A stretch of DNA of 61,536 nt, filler included, from Sphacelaria rigidula (Eukaryota): assembly GCA_964200075.2 (NCBI GenBank). It is 2 parts of 2 records of this genome, joined end to end, with 100 filler letters (N's around TTAATTAATTAA, not from the genome) between each part and the next. Parts side by side here need not be neighbours in the genome. Positions count along the whole stretch, not along the records: positions 30,857 to 61,536 come from CAXNAA020000058.1; 1 more part is not named here. One strand, given 5' to 3'. Below, piece by piece: positions 51,218-61,536 of the stretch; within the stretch, counting starts at the first letter, position 1, and every line of letters begins with the position of its first letter. Made by a program: the position numbers and the translations under genes. The notes under the pieces were generated by a model that saw nothing but the letters and a program-made list of their open reading frames with translations, had not been told where the DNA came from and did no database searches.

Positions 51218-51550
51218 TGTGAACCTGCTAGGAATCATAACAAGGTTACAGTGCTGCTCCATAGGCTTCCTCCCTGTCATGGGCTCCAGAGACTTCAAGA
51301 CTCAAGCAGTCATACAAACAGCAGTCTTTTGTTAACCAGAAGTGACCTTGCACCTCGTATGCAAACATCATACATCATTGAGTCCACCGATCTTGCTCTC
51401 AGACCCGTTATCCATCAACCAGACTATAAACGCCTGCTATGCACTTTCTCCACTGCAGTCATGTACCGAATCAAGGTAACAGTGTTGCCCGGAGTCTACA
51501 GGGCACGGACGTGGACTTCACTAGTCGTACTTATTGTAGAGCAGTCCACC
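51218..51550 (-). mobile_element. Truncated Gypsy 5'-type LTR
   Basis: Homologous to 57246-57367 and adjacent to the same palindrome and leader. Confidence 0.65.
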
Positions 51551-51683
51551 TCTAGTACACGTACAGATGCACGAGGAGCTGCTGGTTGATGTATGGAGGT
51601 TTGGATATGAACTTTGCATCATGATAATTGGTTATGAGATATTCTCTGGAGTATGACTATGACTGCTTGACAGTATATGTGTC

Positions 51684-54600
51684 TATAGAGCCCCCCTGGA
51701 CTCAGAACAATGTCACAAGACTGCTCCAAGGGCTTCCTCCCTCACTAGGGCTTGGAGACTTGAAGAAAGTTGTTAGTCACAAATGCACAGCCTTCGTTAT
51801 CGGAAGCCACGTGCGTGAGGCATGTGATGTTCAAATCCACATAGTCTGCCGATCAGACCCGCAAGCCCGTCAACCAATAGAAAACGCCTACAGCAGATTG
51901 TTCCACTTGTATATCATCATGAACCTACACGTACGTGTACTGGAGGTGGACTACTCTACAGCACCCTCCAAAACTCCGCACCACTCGAGGTAGAAGGCGA
52001 GTTTGACTAAAACAGTAGACACCGACCATCACGTATGCTACCTTTGTCCCCCCCGGTAGTGACACACGACCTTATCCTGTCACGTTCCACAAAGAAATGA
52101 TGACGTGCACAACCTCGAACATCGAAACTCAAAGATAATATCTGAAGCGAACTTCAGGAAGTCAACCATTCTTCAACGGTAATCTCCACGCATAGCATAC
52201 TCACACACAAGCAAACGTGCCACGTATAGTACCATCTCAACCAGTAGCATTCGATATCATCATTTTCAAAGCTTCATAACATACTTTGCCTGCAAACGTG
52301 CTCGCACCTTTTTACTTAGTCCCAACTTACGCAGCTCAGATCTTACAATTTGCGGGGCTCCGTCCAAAATATTTTTCAGAGGCTCCCACGAATTTTCATC
52401 TTGGCCAAATCCGACCCACTCCACTTGTACATAAATTCCATCTCCTGCTTCGTCCTCAGATATACCGACAATAGCCGCCATTTCGAACTCGCCTTGTGCA
52501 AAAGCATACTGGAACACCTCCTTAACATCAGGCGTAATCTTCAGCTCCTTGTCCGCATAAAATCGAAGGCGAGCGACATGCACATCCTGTACCTCGCCAT
52601 TCACAATGTTCTGTATCCCGTACACATGTTGTTGCGCCGTCACAATCCGCCAAGGTCTCGTCGACGTACTCACAAGCTTCGGCGTAGTTCCCGAACGCCT
52701 CACCCTCGCCGCCAGCACGTAATCGCCCACCACAAAGTTAGGAAGCCTCCCATTACTAGCCACACGTCTCCGTAAATCGCGATTCTTGTTGACACGCTGC
52801 GCCACCTTCTTGTGCAACTCTTGCTGAGCCTCAACGATTGACGTCACCTATCGCCGCAAAGCGTCTTCGTCAAGCACATCGACGCTCCAGTCGCCCCGCG
52901 CCCCCAGTTCACGATGCCAGAGTAGATAGACTGGTGCGCGGTGCCCGGCCAAACATAACATGGTATGGCGTGCTAGCATAACGCTCTCGGAAAGCAGCGT
53001 TCAATGCCCACTGCGCTGCAGGTACCAAAGTTACCCATTCACGAACATAACGCCTTTCCTCTTACAATATTGCCTTCAAGGTACGAGCAATCTCACGCAT
53101 CATTCGCTCACAGGTACCATTAGTCCATGGCGAGTTAGCAACCGCGAATCGGCGATCCAGCTTAAGAGCTTTCTCAAGCGCTCTCATCACACGATTCTTG
53201 TTATACGATGCCGTATGGCTGATCCATACCTCTGGCGACCCCAGCGTTTTGCACTATGACAACAAAATGCCAACGTAGAGAAAATCAAAATGCAGCACCT
53301 CCCCTGGGCGTGTACCATGCACCGTCTCGCCGAAGGGACGCGGGACCTTCTCCCCCGCCTTGGAATCCAAACAGTGCAGGCACTGCTTCACAAACTCAGT
53401 CACATGAGTCTCCATCCGGAACCAACAACAATACTCTTGTAAGCGCTGCAAAGTTGCCACAACCCCTCGGTGACCAGCCCCTTTCATGTGAGCGCGTACC
53501 ATCAAGCGTGTTTGTAGTTCTTTCGCTTCCGGCGGTATCCACAGTACATCCCTCCCTGCAACATGCACGCGAAACAAACCCTCACCGTCTTTGAAGACAC
53601 GCCCAACGGCGGCCATAAACATCTCGGCCCCATCAACCATACCTCCTAACCCCTCACGGGCTTGCTCTTGGGATTCACGAACGGTCTCTTTCGACGGTAG
53701 CGTCTCATCAGGCTCTCCACTTGCAAAAAACAGCGATGGCTCTCACGGATACCGCTGGAACGTTCACCCACCGGGACAGTAGAACTCCCCAGCAGTTATG
53801 CTCATCAGAAATATGCCTGATTGGATAATCATACTGCCCGAGTACAGTCTTCCATTGTTCAAGGCACTGGGCAGCAGTTTTCGCCAGTGTGGCCACACAT
53901 GCTTCAGGATAAAAAATATAAGCGAGATTGCGATGGTCCGTAAATATGGTCACTCCTCCCCACAAAAGGTACTCCAACCTACGAAACGCACTCACGATGG
54001 CATATCCTTCCTTGTCCACCGTAGCCCATCGCAACTGCGCTCCTCGAAACTTCCCACTAAGAAATCCCAGGGGCTCATGGCTCATGTCCTCCACCGCTAT
54101 ATCGCGGACCAATTCAGCTCTCGGTGCCTGGGTCACGAAACTACCCCAATGAAGATCCGACGCGTCTGGAAACATCATCCCCTCATATACCTCCTTGGAA
54201 TGTGACAGAGCAACAGCACGTGCCAGCAAATCTTGCGCCGCTGTCTAGGGTTGCGCACTCTCAGACGTCCACGCCGCCTCCTTGATTGTCCTGTTTGAAG
54301 CAACCCGCTTTGTACGGCGCACGTTGCCCACCATATCCTCCTCGAGCAGGAGACGAAGTGGCTCCAGCACTTCAGCAAGGCACAGAAGAGACGTCCGCAG
54401 CCAATTCACCGCTTCCAAAAATTGCATCAACTCGCCTGCGGTTTGAGGACGCCTCACATTCGCCAAAGCACGCGCTCCCTGTGGTCAGCCATCTGCCCAC
54501 CCGAGAGAACCTTTCCGCACCATGTAATTTGCGTATCATAAAACATACACTGGTGTGCAGCCGCAAAAAACCCAGCATCCTCGGGGCGGCTTGAAATCGC

Positions 54601-57367
54601 ATTCAGCGTGCACAGCAAGTCATCATTTGTCCCTCCTCACAAGATGTCATCTACCCACCTCTTACATGAAATTCCAGTCAGTAACTTCGTCATAGTGCCC
54701 TGAAAATACCCCGTCGCGTTGAGTACTCCTTGAGGTACGCGCATAGACGTGAATAACACGTCAGGGGTTGCAATAGTGAAGATTTCTTGGGCATCTGCCG
54801 CCAACGGCATCTGTCAGTATCCCTGCAGCATGTCTAGCTTTCTAAAACAAGCAGCCCCTGACGAATCCGCCATCCCTGCTTCTTGGTTTGGCATCACAGT
54901 CGGCACTTTCTCAATCTGCGTATTAACGGCACGGTAATCACTGACCAGCCTGAAACCGTCCTTTTCAGGCGTTGCAACAGCCGCGCTCGCCCATCCGCAC
55001 ACTGCGATACACGAACCCAAGCGCCACCAACGTCGCCATGCAACGTGCCAATCATGCCATCTTAACCGGAGAGTATGCTCGCGGCCTAGCCTTAACCGCC
55101 GTAGCACCAGGTTTGAATATCACATTCAGAGGCTCGACGCGAGCCGGCGGATCACCACGTAGCGCTCGCCGAAAAGCATTCGCACGGCGGTTTACAAGCT
55201 CGCGAAGCTTGCCCACGCTGCTCTCGGACATGCCATTATTGGCAGCTGCCAGTACCGCCTCCTCTAGCGCGACCTTACGCGCAGCCAGCTCTTGTTCGGG
55301 GGTCATACTCATCTCCGGACCGCGCGACACCAACCGTTCGACTGAGGGATCCACGGGCTCCGCCCGATCACCTTGGTCCTGCAGAGCCTCGACCGCGATG
55401 TTGATACGTCAACAGTCCTTGAATTCAGGCGTGTCTACACCACGCACCGAAGTGTTTCTCGCCCGCGCACAGGCACCCAAACTACTGTACACGTCGATGC
55501 CAAGCTCCTCTAGCATAGGGCTCCCCATGATAATGACATCATCGATACCCGGCATGACCGCATAGGAGCATGGGTCCAGCACACCCGGGCCCCACCTGGT
55601 GTGCAAAGCGGTGCGGACAGGGCAAGTTTTCTGCTTCACATGCTCAACATTGCCATTAGCCGATTTCACCAACTGTTCACCAGCCATCGGTCTCACCACT
55701 TGAACATCTGTAACAATGGCTTGCAATTTCGCCGCCTCACCAGCTGACACGGTCGTAAGTCCAGATCCTGAATCTAAAGTGGCCTTGACCGGACAAACAG
55801 TCTGTGCCCCTGCACTCGGGACAGACAAGTCGGCAAGACACCATCGTTCCTTGTTATCAACTTGCAGACCTTCAGATTGAAAACCTGACGACCTCACCCG
55901 CTTCGAGCGATTTCCATACTGGCACCGCCTCAGATTTCGAACCCACGAACAAGTGCGATGGCGTGGTCTGCTGTACGCCACCAGTAGAAACGACCGGTTC
56001 CGGTGGCAACGTCGCCCCCTCGCTGGGAGCACTTTGTCCATCGGCTGAAAATACAGGCCTTGAAGGGGCGGGACTCGTGCCCCCTCCGCGAGGCACCTGT
56101 CCAGGTTCCTGCAACAGCTGCTGTTGATGTTGCTGCTTATCGCCAGCCTTCGTCTGCCCACCGTCACTACGTTGTGTAGCAGCAGCTTGGCCTTGCTGCT
56201 TGCAATCCTTCCGGAAATGGCCCTCGTCTCCACATATGAAACATCCTGCATAGTTTGGGCCTGGTTTGCGGGTTTTCCCGGAACTGGCAGTCCCATTTCC
56301 ACTGCTCGCAGTTGTTCCACCATTTGGTTGGCGCTTGCTTTCGGAAGTCCCGCTGCCACTCCTTTATTTCAGCTGCGGCTGCTGACGGCGCTGCTTATCC
56401 GCCGCTTCCACCGTCTTCCATGCCTCCGCTGCTTCGCGAGCCGTATCATACACAAGCCCAGGGTCCTCCTTCCACCCCCCCCTTCATGCTCAACATGTGT
56501 AGCACCTTAGTTTTGAAATCGGGAGGGGTCAGTCCATTCAACATTTCCCGAGTTAATATTTGAGCGGGTCTTTGTTTGAAACCTGCATCATCGCGGAACG
56601 CACGCTCGGCGCTGGTATTCTCCGCAACAAAATTCCTCCAGGGCACCCCACTGCCTTCTACGCTTCCCATTGCAGTTTGCTCGTTGCGGGCCGCCAACGC
56701 TTTCCGCACACCGGCGGCAGCAACCGAATGATCAATCTCTTCATCCTCCCAACATTTCGCATGTCGGCCCAGTGAGATTATCTTCGGCAAGCATGGATCC
56801 GTCAAAACTCGTGCATGACAGACACGCACGAATGTGCTTCGGCACCAGTTCAGTAACAGTCAATAAGGCGGTCTGCATGCTACGTCATTTGTTGTTTAAC
56901 TTGACCGCCATTTCATACTCGACGTATTTCTGATAAAACCGTCTGGACGCATTTTCGCTAAAATGACCTCCGTACGCTGGGGCTTTCAGCGATCCTACAG
57001 GCATAAGCTCAGTAAACTTAAACTTCACCTTTTCGCCTGCATCGCCATCACCCACTTTCTTGCGCATTGCCATAGCTGCACGCAATAGTACCAGCCAACC
57101 TAGCCGTCTCTCTGTTGTAAGCGAGCTCCTTCACTTTACAGAGTGCATACTCCTCTCTACAAATTTTGATATAATCTCTCCGCAGCTGCCCACAGCTGGA
57201 AAAACTTTTCCAGAAACCAGGGGGTTCCTCTTAATAAACGTGTATTGTAAAGCCCTCCGACTCAGAACAAGGTCACAAGACTGCTCCAAGGGCTTCCTCC
57301 CTCACTAGGGCCCAGAGACTTCAAGACAGTTGTTGTTCATGAACACACCGCCTTCGTTATCGGAAGT
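51684..57367 (-). mobile_element. Degenerate chromodomain-bearing Ty3/Gypsy LTR retrotransposon
   Basis: 3' LTR 51684-52064 (begins TGTCAC on minus), truncated 5' LTR 57246-57367. Domain order gag-PR-RT-RH-IN-chromo; many frameshifts and stops. Confidence 0.92.
52266..57085 (-). pseudogene. gag-pol pseudogene of the Gypsy element
   Basis: PR VKATLDSGSG; RT FRKLDMLQGY and WVDD (54646-54657); RNase H FPDASDLHWG...KEGYAIV...IFTDHRNL; IN HMKGAGHRG...CLHC and HFDFLY; chromodomain VQVEWVGFGQDENSWEPL. Confidence 0.9.
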
Positions 57368-57622
57368 AAACGACTAATGCCGAGATGGCCCCCCCAAAAA
57401 GGTGCACGGGAGACCGTCCGACAAACCGGCCGCGATCCCACTATTGGGCTCGTTTGCAGCAATTCCGCCCACATGAAAGGCTTTTAGCAGTCCGAAATCA
57501 GCTATAACGCCTAAATAAGTCGTGTCGTGGAACACGGAACCAGCTCTAACGGCATTTATGATCATCGCCTCCGTGCACATTTTTGGCCGGTTCGGGGGGG
57601 GGGGCTATCTCGGCAGCAGTCG

Positions 57623-58058
57623 GGGATCTTACGAATTAGGGATGGATCTTTTATTGGGGATGAGAAACCCGGAAAAGTAAAATCTTCGCATCCACATCAA
57701 ACCTTTGAAATGTGGTTCCATTTCTCCACCTACTGATAGCTTTTGACAACTGCTACACGTCATACAAATTCGGATCTCGATAACCGAAATGTTGAGATTC
57801 TAGGTGAAAAACCAATTTTTGGGGGGAATTACGGGTGTCCGAACGGACGCCAAAATGGTTCCGGAATTGGTTCTTCACCTAGGACTCCAACATTCGGCGA
57901 TCGAAATCCAAATTACTGTGGCGTGTTCTAATTGTCAATAGTTATCAGTAAGTGGAGAAATGGAACCATATTTCGAAGATTTGGTATGGATACGAATATT
58001 TTTATTCTCCGGGTTTCTCATCCCCAATAAAAGATCCATCCCCATTTTGTAAGATCCC
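57623..58058. mobile_element. MITE with ~130-bp TIRs (GGGATCTT...AAGATCCC)
   Basis: 57623-~57750 is the reverse complement of ~57930-58058. Confidence 0.85.
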
Positions 58059-58300
58059 GTATTCCAATGTCTGATGCACCAAACGATTTTTGATGCTATC
58101 TTCCTTTACGTCCGCCCGCATTTCCCCCTCTAGCACGTCCCGTTCCTCCTTGTATAGTTCACATTCTGCCACTACATGAGTTCTGTTCTCTATTCCTTTG
58201 CCACAGGGGCAGTTCTGTCCATCTACTTTCTCCTTTCGACCACTGGTAAATCTCTTTTTTGTTTCTGGCAGGTCCAGGCCCCCCACCCGAAATCCCAGTA

Positions 58301-58862
58301 AACAGTGACATCGAGAGTAGAGGGCACGATTGAGAATGAGAAGCGGTCAATTTGTGAATGAATCATTTCAATTCCGAAATGCCCCTCCACAAGGCCCGAT
58401 GTGCTTTCTGTTGTAGCTTGCCACTGAGTGAGGCCCACGATATCTCTGAGCGGGATGCTACGGTAGGGGTGCACAAACATATTCCGAGGTTAGAATTATT
58501 GTTAAGAGCCCTTAGTCTCATCCCAAACACGACTTATGAAATATATGTGAGAGCACGCGTCATGTGCGAGGAATATCCCGAATGATTTTTCGAACGGGAA
58601 TACCCGCCTGACCTATATTCTTGTGCATCTAGAATCGTTGAGAGTCCCTGAACCAGACAAGATTTTGCGCAAAATGTACACCCCTACCGCAGCATTATTG
58701 CTCCTGAGTAGGATATTGACATGTAGCTGTGAGCACACGCCGCCAGCAGTGATGGAGGCGAAAAAGAGCACATAAGAAATGAAATATTGGCCAAGTTGAA
58801 GCGAATGAACAAAGCCACTCTCTCAATCAGCGCTCTACTATCAATCTCACGAAGACGTAGTT
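58301..58862. mobile_element. MITE family A copy containing a family B insertion
   Basis: Colinear with 59443-59736 once 58451-58708 is removed. Confidence 0.8.
58451..58703 (-). mobile_element. MITE family B, copy 3, TSD ctgag
   Basis: Inverted copy; the empty site tatctctgagtagg is seen at ~59587. Confidence 0.8.
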
Positions 58863-59442
58863 CTAGATTGTTCGCAGTGTCCATTGGGCTGTGCAGATAT
58901 ATGCCGTCATCTCTATCCCTTTCCTAAACCCCCCGTATATCTCCAAGTGTTCTTCCTCGTCTACTTTGCGTTTGAGGCTTGGGCACGAGTGCCTTTTTAA
59001 ATGATGCAGAGGATTATGATTTTGACACACACCTTCGAGGGAGACCCCAACACTGAGAATACCCAAGATCCTCTAGAAGTGAGGATTTTTAAACGGACGG
59101 AACTGAGGGTGACGTTTGGAGAATCCCCTCGGGGATCTTCGACGTTGGCTGAATGATTAAGTGTATCAGTCTAACACGATTTGCGGGTGTGTGCCTTATT
59201 CCACGAAAAACGGCACACGCGACCCATCGGCTCCTCTTTGAAATCCCTCCATTGCATTTTTTTCCTCTACTATAAGGCAAAATGCTCCCCTAGAGGATGA
59301 ATACCCTTTAGACGGTCATAGTTCCTGTGTAGTGGTCAGTAAACGAGTCCTGTAGAGGACATCCATCACGTGCTCAAGGGGATCAAGTGTCCTCTAGCGA
59401 CTTTGTGTACTGTCCACTCCAGAGGCATTGTGACCCTCTAGA

Positions 59443-59736
59443 AACAACGTTTTCGTGAAATTGAGAGTAGAGGATACGATTGAGAGTGAGAAGCGGTTAA
59501 TTAGTGAGTGTATCGTTTCAGTTCAGAAATGCCCCTCCACGAGGCCCGGTATGCTTTCTGTAGTAGCTTGCCACTAAGGCCCTTGATATCTCTGAGTAGG
59601 ATATCGACGTGTAGCTGTAAGCACATGCCAGTGATGGACGAGAAGAAAAGCGCAAACGAAATGAAAAATTGGCGACGTTAAAGCGAATCACCAGAGCCTC
59701 TCTTCATCAGCGCCCTACTCTCCATCTCACGAAAAC
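59443..59736. mobile_element. MITE family A copy
   Basis: aacaacgttttcgtga...ctcacgaaaac. Confidence 0.8.
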
Positions 59737-59980
59737 CTCTGAAGCGGGTATTTGATCATCGAGAGTACCATTTCGCCCTTTGGAGGGAAAAAAAAGCGCG
59801 ATCGTGGGATTTCAAGGAGGAGCCAATTGGCCGCGTGAGAATGTTTAGGGTATTGACCCGTCGAACTTTCAAAGAATCGCATGTATCGGCGCTGTAACCC
59901 GTGTAAAAAAAATGACACGCCTCTTCCCTACTCTTGCTGACAGACCCATCTCCTGTCGGAGCTTGGGAGAACATATCGGC

Positions 59981-60223
59981 CACACGTCGGAAATCTCATG
60001 AGCTACCTGAAATAACTAATAATGGAAAATAACTCTCAAATCTTTTGTACAAAACACGTGACAGCGGTGTCCGAGAAGCCAACAGCGTTCCCGCTACACC
60101 ACGTGCTCGGCGTATATCGCTGTCGGGAGCCAATACGGGAATAGTGGCCAAATGAGCTATGATCCGGATCAGTACTATAGTAAGTAGTGATATCTAGGTA
60201 GCTCATGAGCTGTCCGACGTGTG
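59981..60223. mobile_element. Small inverted-repeat element (~40-bp TIR cacacgtcgga...ctcatgagctacct)
   Basis: 59981-60020 is the reverse complement of 60185-60223; no TSD seen. Confidence 0.55.
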
Positions 60224-61536
60224 AAAATGTCAGACATGCAACCGGGGAAAGGGGGTCAATTGATCCCCCAAGTACGGATTCGTCCCGAAAAATGGACAAG
60301 GATCAAGAGTGTAATGCCAAAAACATTACGCTGCCGAATAACAAGGGTATAAATATTATGTGGGATGTTGGGCAGCGACGCTCTCAACCATGCCGCCAGG
60401 AGCGACCCAGTCATGACGCCCCATTCCAGTCCCAGCAGCTCTCTTGTTATGCACGATGAGCTGCAAAACGATAGTAACGAGAAGGGGCCGTGAATGTATG
60501 GAATACGCGTTTGAATCAGGGCCGGTTGATGAAGTGGAATACCCTTGAACCTTCTCAAGGGCTCTTGGTACACGAAGGTAGGTGGGTACTTCAAACACGG
60601 GGGTAGATATGTGTGGGACGAGAGGACGGGGGGGAAGTAGACGGTACTCATACCGTGGCATCCAGAGTCCAGTGGAAAATGACAAGGTCATTGGTTCCGA
60701 TTAATTACAGATATTTGACAGGCGAACAAATACTTCCAAAACGCCACAACTTTTCATCAAAAAACGATATACATGACAGACAGCGAGCGCCCAACACTAC
60801 ACCGTGTGGGAGGAGTACGTATCCGCCAGGATTCAATCATTTCCCTCCTACAAAGTTAACGCGCGCATGCCACTTCGGGGCATCCACATATTTGCTAGAA
60901 CCCTAAGCAGGTCGGACCAACAGTTTCTCGTTTCCTCCGACCGAAGGGCGATATATCGGTTATGCTAGCTCTCGACGAAGTATTGAATTCGATCCATCAA
61001 CCCATCAATGCAACCTATGGTCGATTTTGTCAACGGGGCAACACGCAAAACCCCAAGCAAAACATGAAAATCCACACAACTCGAGCGCTTGGCACTTCAC
61101 CTAGCCCTCACCGCATATTCTTCGCGTTCACGATGTCAATTACCACCATGTATGCCACAACACACAACAACCAGAACAAGCGAAAAACTCCCCGCAACGC
61201 AACCGGGGAAGCGCTCGGGAGGCAGGGTAAGGGAGGGAAGAATTCACCAACATGCACATAACACCACCTGTGTGTTTCCAAGACGAAAATCTCACCTCAA
61301 ACCATCAAAAACGTGGTAATCTGATTCCCTGCGTGACCCATCGATCGTGAGAATCAAGAGAGACAGATGACTTCCAGTGGTATTCCACCTGCTGTATGTT
61401 TCAAGTGCACACAGCAAGCCATTCAGAACCTACCCTTTCCTCTCGTTCGGAAAAAAAAAACACTAATTTGCGATTCAAATACTGCCATTAACACAACGAG
61501 GCAGGAAACGAGAGAACGACCCCCGAACAATACACA

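Larger units (their letters stand above)
58060..59020 (-). pseudogene. LINE ORF2 C-terminal remnant interrupted by nested MITEs
   Basis: EEEHLEIYGG... / MDTANNLELR[insertion]GGLDLPE...CPCGKGIENRTHVVAECELYKEERDVLE (C-C-H-C knuckle). Confidence 0.7.

Overview
Eukaryotic, repeat-rich genomic DNA. The intron style and transposon families suggest a stramenopile, probably a brown alga (inference). Only one host gene could be built by hand: a + strand multi-exon gene at 11441-26043, possibly extending 10892-30474 (~22 exons, all GT-AG, ~1,500 aa). It encodes an ankyrin-repeat TRP-like cation channel with unusual extra hydrophobic segments after the TRP box. A 100-nt artificial linker (N44-TTAATTAATTAA-N44) at 30757-30856 splits the window. 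The rest is a transposon graveyard: a degenerate chromodomain Ty3/Gypsy element (51684-57367, RT motif WVDD), nested relatives and LTRs carrying a palindrome where the tRNA primer-binding site should be, two tRNA-derived SINE-like families (one with a fold-back head), several MITE families, LINE remnants and microsatellites. Most ORFs in the supplied track are spurious. No database searches were possible.
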